Assembly: GCA_002633005.1 (NCBI GenBank)
Contig: NMRA01000187.1
Span: 305,740-369,739, forward strand
Direction of reading: 5' to 3'
Origin: Phoronis australis
Taxonomy: Eukaryota; Animalia; Phoronida
Length of the DNA stretch: 64,000 nucleotides
A program made the translations under genes and the position numbers. Below, one piece after another: positions 13,151 to 24,471 of the stretch (position 1 is the first letter of the stretch; each line of letters opens with the position of its first letter). The notes beneath the pieces are model-generated. The model saw nothing but the letters and a program-made list of their open reading frames with translations, ran no database searches and was not told where the DNA came from.

Positions 13151-15144
13151 CAAGAAGTGCATGTAATCTCGAACCCTAAAGTGCTATTGGTAAAGTTAAA
13201 CAAAGAGTGGAGTGTTTTAGAAAATTGGGGTCACAAAAGTGAAATTTAAATTTTTGTGATATTGCATAGTTGATATTAGATCATATGTTTTAGGTGATAT
13301 CTCTAAACTAAAAGAGTAGCCTCAACTCTCTGACTTGTCTGTCCGAGTAAGGCCACATCACAAAAATGCCCAAATTCGAGGGCCACGTTTAAAACTAAAT
13401 ATATAAGAGACAAGTTTTTTTAAAAGCAATTATCAAAGTTCAATCTTAGAAGTGTCTACAAAGAGAATTTCAACTTCAAATATATTCCGATATAGCAGGC
13501 AGGTTAAGCAACATCTTGCCACTTGTGACTGGCCTGAAAAGTGGTCTCGGAGTTTTCTCCCCTGCTGGAAATTTAATTGTACCTATGAGTTGCAAATTTC
13601 ATTTTCTTACTAACCTGACATGAGTCTTTATGACCATCAATGTCAAACTTTGTCACCAGTTGTCCAAGTCTGATTTTTTGCCGTTCAAAAAATGCCGTTT
13701 TACTGACATGAAAAAATGCAAAATATGACTTTATAGCCAAATAGTTCATATCTCGGTAACCAAAGGTCATTGAGTGCAAATATTGCAGCAGTGTACTTTG
13801 GGGCAGCATCCCAACACATGCACAAATTATTAGTTCTGTATGAATTTTTGAGTATATAGTGATTTTTCATTTTCATATGGTTTTTATATGGAATCATTCT
13901 TAAAGGGTTGAAGACATTATTTGTTCAGCCTTTAATGACGTAAAGAAACCTCCTACGTCACAGTGTAAATGGGTAACAGAGTTAGGAAATCGCTTAGATT
14001 GGAAAAAATACGCATTGACTTACGACATTACAAAGTATCCCAACATTACACATACCTTTTTAGTCAAAATCCGCGTTAAGCATTCTAATTTATGTTCCTT
14101 TTGTAATAAAGCTCCAGAGACCCTGTCACACTTTTTTGGGAATGTCGCCTTGTACAGGATTTCTGGACGGAATTCGGAAAGTTACTTCAGAAGTGTCGCA
14201 TTCACCTTCCCAACTGTCTCTCTTACGAACGTGATATTCATGGACTTTATGGGATGCACGATTTTTATTTAACATTTTGCTAGTCAAAGAGCACAATCAC
14301 AAGAACAATTTTGTTGCATATATTTATGATTACTATAATGCTGAAAAATTAATTGCATATAAAAATTTCGTATATGACAGGTTCTCTGCGAAATGGGAAA
14401 ATTCTGTTGTTCACGTTAACTCCATGTAGCAGCTGTTTACTTTATACGAGATATGAGATACGAGAACGGTATCTCTCTAGGTGCGCATGCGTGAATGAAT
14501 GAATGTACTTATTTGTTTGTTTGTTCTTGTACTTGTTTATAATCGACAATAAATAGCTGAATAAAAGGAATTTCTTGAAAAGGGGATCCAAGTCAACAGT
14601 TTGAAAATTCCAGATTCGCTATCATTAAAATCAAGGTAAAAACGGGGTCCGGCCCCATTGATCGGATTGGATCCGCCTATCTTTAGTTTATTTTGCACAC
14701 GGAACCCTTTTGCTACATTTGCAGCGTCGGATTTTTCAAAACCTGTTAAAGAACTTTACTTTTCCATGAATTGAAAGTAAATTTTATGGAAATATTGGGA
14801 TTGAAGACGAGTCATACATTCGTGTTCTATTGTTGTATCTACTCAATATGCGAGAAATCAGGCAAAAGTGGTTATTTGGGGGTAGTTGCACTATAATAGG
14901 TTACAGTATACTTGAGTAAGATGGTTCAGAGGTTTTCAGCAGCGTGCATTTGAGCTCAAACCGAAACGTCACGTGGATCATATAAACTGCTGTAGAAATG
15001 TTTTTGTGAACATTATTTAAGAAGTTAACGTTTTACGAGAGCTTAACATTAACACAGATGTGAGTTCGGATTAAATCGCCGATCCAAATCACGGCGAAAT
15101 GACCTTGATTCGCAGGCAATAACGTACTTCCGGAAGAAAAACCA

Positions 15145-15295
15145 GCGTCCCGTTCAGTAACGCTAGGACCTCGCTAAAAAGCAAGACTTCGAGAGATTAC
15201 GTAATATATTGCCGTGTATTTTTAAATGAGATCGTGACTGACTAGATTTTAGCTAGGTCCTAGCACAGGTGCTACCGTTACTGAACGCACTTCTG
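15145..15295. repeat. Short MITE (about 150 bp) with cgttcagtaacg/cgttactgaacg TIRs
   Basis: The internal sequence recurs inverted at about 59850-59970, 62800-62955 and 63250-63405. Confidence 0.7.
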
Positions 15296-18200
15296 GTGTC
15301 ACACCAGATATCGCTAGTGAATAGTGACTTCAAGACTTTGGGTACTATCACAGATTTCGTTCATAGAAAATATACATACATGTATTTGACAGCCCATGTA
15401 CTATTGTCTACGATGTAAGGGAGAGGGTGGTCTAAGATACTATGAGCACAACAATTCAAAGTGTAAAGACCAATCACTTGCTTCAAACAGAAATACCAAA
15501 CGAAATTGCGCAGGTGAAAGATTTAACAAAAAGTGACGTAGATATAACTAAAAACTAAGGTATATAAAACTAAAGGTTATAAACGATTACTGCAAGCTGC
15601 GATAAAAAAACTGAAGATTTATTTTACGCAGTGCATGAGAGTTTGACGGTGTCTTATGCAGATATGTAACTAGTACAAATGGGAAATCCCCGAATAATTA
15701 TCTCAGTTGAAATTTATGAACCTTAGAGAATGTCATGAAGCTTCTCACGTACGAAAGTTTGCACTAAAATAACGAGTATTGCAGTGTTGCAGTGTGTGGA
15801 TGTGAAAAAATGGCAGGTTTCCAAATAAGCAGCCGAGAATACACATTATAAAGGTCACTTTTTACCAAGCATTCGCGGCTGCATTACTCATTGGCTTGGT
15901 GGTGAAGGCGTCAAATTGTCACACAGGGGGACGCGTATTTGATTTCTTGCTGGTTAAAAAATAACTAAAAGTTTACAATAATACCCTTGTCATGTTGTTG
16001 AATTCTGTATAATTTGTAACATACGACTAGAGAGCGACATTTATTCATGATGCAGATGTTAATCAATAAAAGGTACTCCGGGGCCCTCGCAGGGCCCTGG
16101 GATTCTTTGTCACGTAGATATTCTATTCTTAAAGTTAATTATCAATATCAATGCAGCGCCCCTGTGACAGTGTGACTTGTTGTTTTAAACTAAAATGTCC
16201 GTGTTGCTGTGTAGTCCCCGTCTTAAGCTCGGAGAATGGAAAAACTTACATATTTTTGAAGATCAAATTGTCCACAAAACAGTGTTCATGACGTAATGCC
16301 TTGTGATTTAAATGTCCTCATTTTCTTGTAATGTAACTTAAACGTATTTTTACGATGACAATGAGACCAGCCTAGCAATGTGAGCGCAACGAAGGCATAA
16401 AAACAAAAATACCAATGGTTAGGTTTTTATAGGAAAGCGGAAAATGAAGAAAACGCTTAGCTCTACATAGAGGGGGTTAAAAGCATACGAAAGCAAAGTT
16501 AAAGCAAGTAATAGAAAACCTGACAAATGTATGAACGGCAGACACAAATTGATGAACCATAGGTCTTCAAAACTGACAAAAAATTTGAGGCCCTATGATT
16601 CAAGATACATTTATCAAAAATGAATCCTGAATGTGCAATGCAAGCATATATAAAGTAACCTTAAAAAAAATAAAATTCGACCAAAGGTGTTCATAACGCC
16701 TCTTTGCAAACCAAAACTAAAACAAACGATTCCAGGCCATCCTCATCTTATCTGCTCCTTTTGTGATTTAACAACCCTATTCCAAGAAGCCTTTCATAGT
16801 TCAAAGTGGGATCTTATCGGAAGGTAGCGCTACTTGTATGGATGTGACCTACGTATATTTAGGACAATGACGGGTATTTTAGGAACCTATACTGTCTTTG
16901 TGTATGAAGTGGAATAGTCGGCTTTTATCGCCAGATGTCGTTTCGTAAGAGCTATCAGTCACAGAATGACCCCAACGCTGATAAAACCGAACAACATTCT
17001 AGATTATCAGTCGAAGTCCATCACGCACAGACGTCAATTTTTTAAGGTAAGGGTCTTACTGTTACTTACTGCAACGTTACTTACACGCCAGACACTCGGC
17101 CACAGTTACATAAGATGCAAACTCCAGTGATTTGTTCTATTCGATACGTCCGGGGATTCATACATAGCCTATGTAGGGGCCTACCAGCAAATGTTGGTAA
17201 GCAGAATTTTAATAATAAAGTTGCACGAAATTATGTTTTCACTTTAGTCAAGGTGAGCTCTGTTTAGCTTGTTGATTCAGGCCTCGCTACAAGAATTATG
17301 TCAGTTCTATCTTCAACATGACGGCGTTCTCTCGTGACTTTACCAGAAGCAGGGATTGTGAGCATGTGATAACATCTAGCTCCTTTGTCAACTGCCAAGC
17401 ACAGCCTTTTGTCTGATATGACAACAGGCAGGACAATTATATACCAGGCTTTTTACAGACCACGTGTGAACACACTCAAACCCAAAGCGAATTTATATTG
17501 GCGATTTTCATTGGCGATTCAAAAACCAAACATAATCAACACTGGGCGAGCAATTCAGAAATGCTATTGGTTTATTTTCAAATATGTTATAACTTGACTG
17601 TTATTTTTAACAGCACAGCCCAGTCAGGCTAGATGTGATCTTATTGAATATTAGAGCCATTATTGAACAAAAGAGAGATGGCCTTCAAAGTTCAAACCAT
17701 TAATGCCAGAATGTACATGTAGTTAAACAGTAGTGTAAGGTATTGCCTACAGGGGTCCTCTTCCTATTGTTGGGCTGTAGAATTGAACAAGTTGGGATCA
17801 ACGAGAAAACGCCGTAATAAACAAAAGTGCTCTACAAATCTGGTCTTCCTTTGGGAGTTTGGAAAAAGATTAAAAGATGCTTGCAAAAATTGCCAAGTTT
17901 TCTTCTCAGTAAGCCGATTTTCACAATAAAACGAGGAAAATCAGGCTCATCTGACATCAGCACCTCACTATTCAGCTGACTAGTCGTTCAGTGGTATAAC
18001 ACCTCACTATTCAGCCGACTAGTCGTTCAGTGGTATAACAACTAATATGGGTTTTGGTTTCTTACTTGGTTATAACTTTGGTCGTTAGCAGGCCACTTAT
18101 TTACTTTGCGCTCCCAAGGTTATATAAATGAAAATGGGTCCTTATGATTTAAGAAAAACATTGCTGCAATGGACTCTAGCTACGAATGATGGTGTGAGAT

Positions 18201-18372
18201 AGAGCGCTGTACGAGGCCGTGTACAACAAACTATACTGATGTGTTCTACTTTCGGATGCAGAATGGTGAATGTTGACCAGGACCCTTTTGCACCTCTGAC
18301 GTCACACACATGCTGACCCCCAATGGAGGTCATGAGAAATCGCCAACCGAGTTAACTACTGATTTAGCCTAT

Positions 18373-18786
18373 TAACGGGATTTTTCGTAGGTAAGCCCGT
18401 GGGCGTGTATTTGGAAAATGAAAAATTCCAGACGTTTAAGTAAACGCCCCGCGTTTATTCGGAAAAAGGGGATGTGGAAAGGGAAAGTCAGAGGTTTCCT
18501 GACTTTGACATTTTTTACTTAAAAATCAGTTTTTAAATCTTATAATAATGAATGCATAGTTCGCCAGCACTTAGTGTGTTTTTATAAATGGTAATTGCTC
18601 CACAAAACTGAACTTGTTACTAAACGTTGACACTTAGTGGGGTTTTAAGAGGAAATTTTCCGAATAAACGACACCAGAAGTTGTAATACCAAACAAACAC
18701 CCATGAGCATTTATTCGGCATAACTTTCCTAATAAACGCCAATGGGCGTTTCATCGGGTGGGCTTATCTACTGAAAACCCCGGTAA
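18373..18786. repeat. TA-flanked Tc1/mariner-like MITE
   Basis: Imperfect TIRs ta.cgggattttt.gtaggtaagccc and gggcttatctactgaaaacccggta; internal repeated ataaacgcc/ggcgtttatt motifs. Confidence 0.55.
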
Positions 18787-19543
18787 TGGACGTTAGTGTT
18801 GTAGCATCAAACGAGTCACAGATTTGTAACAAATAATTTTCTGTATTATGACATTCGTCAATACTCAAAGTTCAGAATTAAGAATGAATTTGTGATTTGT
18901 TACATAGCGAATTCTGAGGTTGCGGCATTATAAATAATTTTGCTCAACTGAGTACATGTATCTGATGTCGTGCCTCCGCTACTGACACCCTTGTAGAGCC
19001 TGAAATATTCTGGTTATTGTGCATTTCAATACAAAATATCAACATCAGTCAAAATAATTTTTCGTAGAAAGTTTTTAATGAATTATGAATCCCCAGATAT
19101 TAACATTTCCCCAAAACCCGGCTACAGCACATTCCTGCCTTATTTTAATATTTGACAAAAGCGTTGTAATTAAGTTCAGCTATTGATGTAGTAAATAGTA
19201 TTACACTGTACGTGGTTCTCTGGCATAGTCAGAACTAGTGCAAAAGTTATTCTAAAGCTTTCCGTAATGTTCCATGATAAAAAGACACCGGCCCCACACC
19301 ATGGTCGGCAACGTTTCACAACTCCTTCATGTAACTGATGACTCCTAATCATTAGTACATATGACATGAAATTGATATTATACATCGTTCTTTCTGACAT
19401 TATGTTTCTTCAGAAACAATAACTCAACGTCCTATAATACAAATCGGTTCGCCTGTCAAGCTCCATTGCCACTACTGAGGCATTCCACTCACTGGCCCAT
19501 GAGCTCGGTTCGTTGACCTCCACTAGGGGAGTCAGCGTGCGTG

Positions 19544-19551
19544 TGACGTCA
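19544..19551. promoter_or_regulatory. Possible CRE (TGACGTCA) upstream of the dioxygenase 5' UTR exon
   Basis: Perfect palindrome about 110 bp before a likely non-coding-exon donor (tg|gtaaga at 19662, acceptor at 19753). A single 8-mer could be chance. Confidence 0.25.
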
Positions 19552-19772
19552 AAAGTACAACATTCACCATGCTGCCTTTGAAATACAGTGAGAAGCGTTT
19601 AAACTGAATGACACTTTATATCTCTGTTAGAAAGGGTCGTCACCAACTCCAGTGTCATGTGGTAAGACGGAGTCAATTGTGAAGAGTGTGGTGTGGCCTC
19701 AGCACATTAAATGGGAACCGGATTATAAACTGTTTCGCGGTTTATCTTCACAGGTGCTCCTACGAAATCAGC

Positions 19773-21634
19773 ATGTCTTCCACGCCAACAGCACAAGTGC
19801 CCATCATTGACTTCAACACACGTGACAGGAAGTACCTGGCTCGGCAGGTGGTCGATGGACTTCAAGAAACTGGTTTCCTGGGATTGAAAAACGTGCCTGG
19901 CGTGGAGGCACACAGACTTCATAGTTTGTGCGAGTGGTTCTTCAGCTTGCCTCTCGATGTCAAAATGTCCGTGGCACGACGTCAGTGGAACGAAAAGAGT
20001 CCCAAATTCTACCGGGGGTATTTTCCGGTGGTTCCTTATGATTCTAGTCATAAAGAAGCGTTCGATATCGGCGTGCCCCTCCCGGAAGACGATCCCGACA
20101 TAGTGGCCGGAAATGTTTTGTACGAGAACCCATTGTGGCCTGACGCAGAAGGTGGCTCAGATTTCAGGAAAGAGATGTGCGCCTACTTCGACACAATGCA
20201 TCGTACTACGGCCGAGATCATGAGGCTAATAGCGATCGGTCTGGACCAGGAAGAACATGTATTTGACTTCATGTACCTGGACAAACCCTTGTCTACATTT
20301 AGACTCCTCCATTATCCCCCCAGGCAAGGTAGGACAAATGTATAGTTGACGGCCAGTAGGAACAGGCCATTTTTATTAGTGAGTGGAAGGTATCTTGGTC
20401 AGACTTAATTGTTGAATTATTGAACTCTTAGTATAAGCAGAGGACCATAAGCAGAGTACAGCTTGGGCGCATGCCCCTCGACCCTTACTTGGTACTGTGT
20501 CCAGAACTTGGCAATGTCGACTCCTATTACCTTGTAGTATACACTCCATTAGGTGAAAAATACTTCAACATGTAATTTTGATATTTTGAGGCATTAAGTA
20601 TGCACCAGCGACATCTGTCTTTGTACAGCTCTATCAGAATAAACACGAGCTAATCGCCGGTGTCTGAACTGTCGCTCCGTGAAACTCGCACATGGAGCAC
20701 ATTTTACACGGAAATGACTCGTGAAGTTGCGTGTTTTGATGGACAATGATTTATTGACTCTGTCTACTGCATGTTCATTAAAATTCAGAATTCTGCATTC
20801 TAGCTCCTTTTCATCCACAAACAACAGGTGTGAAAGCTTACAATAGTTCCAGGCAGGCATGACCATGATGAAATTTTGTTTCAGCGGACCCTCTCTTTTG
20901 CACAGTTTGTCTTCGTTGCTAGTATACTGGAATGTCGCGAGTGACTGAACTCAAATGGCTAACAACTGAGGAAGTTCCCTGATTTGTATTGATAATGGCG
21001 AAAGCTTTAGAAATTGATGCAATATGATACGTTTTTAAAAGAAAATAAGTTATTTGTGTCAAAACGTTTACTGCAGGACATAATTAAAGCACTTAACATT
21101 AATGTTAAATTAAGCTTGCCTTCAACTTGAATGCATTCTAGTGTTATGCCCATTTTGATATTTTTAGGGGAAATACCGGATATTGCCAAGTCAGACGATG
21201 GGAAAACTTTACTCTGTGGCGCCCACACTGACTCTGTATTGATGACGTTGTTGATGACTTTCTCGTACGAAGGGCTCGAGATTCTCGGCGTTGATAACGA
21301 ATGGAAGGCGGTCAAGGCCGACCCAAACGTACTGGTGATGAATATCGGTGACATGCTGTCGCAGTTTACAGGCGGACGTTTGAGAGCGACCCCTCACAGA
21401 GTAGTCGATTACGGCATAGATCGTTATTCTGTGCCGTTCTTCCTGGAACCCAACTACCACGCTGACATCGGAAAGCCTCCGCTTAAACCGGAAACAGCCG
21501 AAATGGAAGGTAACATGAAGGCTAAGATAGATGGCGCCCAGCCGCTCAAGTTCGGCCACTGGCTGATAAGAACGTACAATAAGAAGAACTATATCGAATT
21601 TAAAGAATTACTTAAACAAGTCAAACAATTGTAA
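19773..21634 (+). CDS. Isopenicillin-N-synthase-like 2OG-Fe(II) dioxygenase (DIOX_N + 2OG-FeII_Oxy), 340 aa
   Basis: Exons 19773-20328 and 21168-21634 (phase 1, 1023 bp in total). Motifs VPIIDF, ETGFLGLKN, FFSLPLDVK, YRGYFP, KEAFDIG, FRLLHYPP, facial triad GAHTD and TPHRV, and the RYS co-substrate motif. Confidence 0.92.
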
Positions 21635-22349
21635 AGCAAGGAGACGTCCAGCAAAAGGCTCGTCCGCTTTTTGTGACACGATGCGCTGTCTGTGGGGGGA
21701 TGCGTGTGCGTTTGTGTATGTGCGTGTGTGTGAGTGCATGTGAGTGTGTGTATGTGTCTCTGTGCATACATCTCTAGTCCTGGAATACCGCACGCGACCT
21801 ACATGTATGTATTCTATTATTAGAGCTAGCTACCCCGAGACTAGTCGCGAGATTTTGCACTAAGAATTTCCGTCTGTCTGCTGGACTGAGTTTTGCTAGT
21901 TATCAAATAATAAAATCCTACTGCAATTACTTCATTTTCATTTTGTTATCATCGTTCATCAAGCAAGATCCTTTTAAGGTATGATTCCATGCAACCAGCG
22001 ATTTCTCGGAAAAATTAATCGACAAACCGAAAATTACACTAGTCATTGTTTAAGCACCGACCAGTGACCCTGTGACCCTGTGACCCTGGGACCCTGTGAC
22101 CCTGGGGGCCTCCGATATCGTTTTAGCTCTAGTCGTAGAACCACTTTCGACAACCCATCATACAATATGCCAGCAGTTTTTCAAGAAGACATTTTTGGAT
22201 GGTAAATAGTGCTACATTATTTTACGGACAGAAGTTACATGTACATTTGCCTTAAATGAAAAGCGTAGGCTACATGTATGTAATCGGAGGAATTTATGCA
22301 ACTTTCAAAAAGTTACTTATAATTGCTTAACAAAATGCGCCACTTGTAG

Positions 22350-22351
<2 letters not shown>

Positions 22352-22411
<60 letters not shown>

Positions 22412-22420
22412 CGTGAGTGT
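22352..22420. repeat. (GT)n microsatellite
   Basis: More than 25 uninterrupted GT units. Confidence 0.95.
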
Positions 22421-23569
22421 ATCCACTTCTGAGAAGTAGGCATGTTGTTTTCTGTAGTATTTAACTCTACCCGTGAAATAAAATTTAAAAAAATTAAGTT
22501 TATCTCCTAAAAGAACCCAATCCAGTACTTCGTGTTCCTGACAACATACAGTGTATTTGCCAATTGCCGCGCTCTTGGCTGTCCCACTTTTTCTGTGGCA
22601 CTTTTTAAACCTTTTTTCGCCATCCTCTCATGTCATGACGAATGGCCGAAGTGACTTATTATCGTATAGTGTTGTATATTCCAACGCGGCATAGCCATAA
22701 TTTTGGTAGTAATAATAACGTTACGTTTCGGGGGCTTTGACGGCACCCAAAATTTCCTATTCAACTATAAAAAACAACAACAAAACGATTTCGGGCATGT
22801 TTGGGTGTTACTTCTGCTGTTTTTTTGCAGCGAGCATATCAGCTATACGTGTTGGCTTAGACCTAGATGTCCTGCTTTTTATCCTAAAGTCCCACTTCGA
22901 ACCAATCCAATTGTATCGTTTTTTGTTCTGTGACAGCATGGCAGCATGTGTTTAAAATTCCGTTGTCCCTTTTATTTTTATTTTCCAGATTTCAATTTTC
23001 TTGTTAACATAATGGTCGTAAAAATGTGTTCGATTATCTCTTATTTACATTAACATACACTACATGTATCAGGATCACTTAAAAATTTTACTTTCTGAAA
23101 AAAAATAATTCTAAAGTTTTTTGGAAAGTCCTAAGCTGCAACCACAGTAGATGTCAAAGCTACCTGTAGTGATAAATTTTGCTGATTTTTATCCACAAGA
23201 AAACGTTTATCTACAAATGTTGGATATATACTTGGGAGTAGTTTATCGCATTTTGCGTAAATGTCACTGCGTTCTGAATTTTTACTGAAGAATTCAATTG
23301 TATCAAACGGCACTTAAAGTCCAATTAACTATAATAATAATAAAATTCATAATTTTAGATGAATACCTTTGCAAATTATCCACAGCAAGTGCGACAGATT
23401 CATTTTCTAAAACCTTTGTCTTTATAAGGTAGAAATCTTTTGAATCATTTGCAGAAATTATGTTCTTGATTGATTAACTTGGCATTTACATAACCTCTCT
23501 GGTTCATTTCCTGTTTTCTATTATCAAAAACCGGACGATCGCAGCACAAATAAAAAAGTCCATGTTCAA

Positions 23570-23880
23570 TTCAACGTTTCGTCTTTTCAATAGACATCAC
23601 CAGGATCATATTTACAACAATTTAGAACAACAAATGCCAACATACAGCTCAGGTAACATCCATAGACTGAAGTGAGAGATACATAAAATATAGACAGTAG
23701 CTTGCCATCACCATAGTTGCAGGGTCACAGAGCTATGCATGTTATTCAGAGAATCAGTGGCATGCTGGTTCTGAATGGCCAATGACTCTTTGATGTACAG
23801 TAACTCCTTATTGGGTTCTCTGCAGATAATACATAGCAGTTGTAATTGTATGCATTCAAGATTTCCATTTTCTTGAATAC
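23570..23880 (-). mobile_element. Penelope-like retroelement 3' remnant (end of GIY-YIG endonuclease plus hammerhead relic)
   Basis: IICREPNKELLYIKESLAIQ..LNNMHSSVTLQLW* resembles the C-terminus of Penelope GIY-YIG domains. About 105 bp downstream on the same strand is ctggtga-t-gtct..agac-gaaacgttg. Confidence 0.6.
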
Positions 23881-24471
23881 CAGATGTATTAATACCAATG
23901 ACGTAACCGTTCGGCAAGTCTAATTTGTCCATGAACTCCACAAATTGGCAAATGTCCCTGAGAATCATTTTGTATGCGACAACCTTCGATGGACGACAAC
24001 AACGGGAAGTTTACGTGTATCATTAAAAAGAATATTGCACCGAGGATATAAACTTGCACAACACATAGTGTATTGATTACCACAACCCTGTATAATAACG
24101 CTCACCAGTAGGCGCTGATCACTCTTCACCATGTAACCTTGCAAATATTCTTCCTATTACAGATTAAACAGAACTTCCTAAGCGCAAATGGTGAAGTCTG
24201 CAAAAGCGGATAAATCTCGATCATAAAAGCTAACAATTTCGGCCTAGCGGCAAAGAGCCGGTGACCTCCCCGGCGGGATCATAACCCAGAAGAGAGAAAC
24301 GGTAGACCCGTGGGCCTTCAGTAATACCAATGTTCATAAAACCTCTACTAGAATTGCACGGCGCGCCACACGGAATTTTAATAATTTCATTGTCGAACTA
24401 CACGGAGTGGTTAGGTAAGTTTCGAGATCGAGACGAGTCTGGAAATGATGTCTTTCGCCCTAACAGTTCTT

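Larger units (their letters stand above)
9536..14565 (+). mobile_element. 5'-truncated L1/Tx1-type LINE remnant interrupted by later insertions
   Basis: Post-RT motif NFTARITEIKSFLKSWIRRNLTP.SIVTVIK at about 9610-9710. CCHC-type LCSFCNKAPETLSHFF at about 14090-14140. AATAAA/A-rich 3' end. 10-bp target duplication aggaatttct at 9526-9535 and 14566-14575. Confidence 0.75.
9488..14680. mobile_element. GGCGGATCC-type MITE (hAT-like termini) split by nested insertions
   Basis: Left end taggggcggatcc at about 9488 and right end ggatccgccta at about 14669-14679. The rejoined halves resemble related copies at about 40520-40620 and 41980-42072. Confidence 0.65.

Noticed and set aside
21560-21634. Ctenophore-type FYY IPNS homologue linked to coelenterazine synthesis
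   Set aside because: The protein ends in ..EFKELLKQVKQL and has no terminal Phe-Tyr-Tyr.
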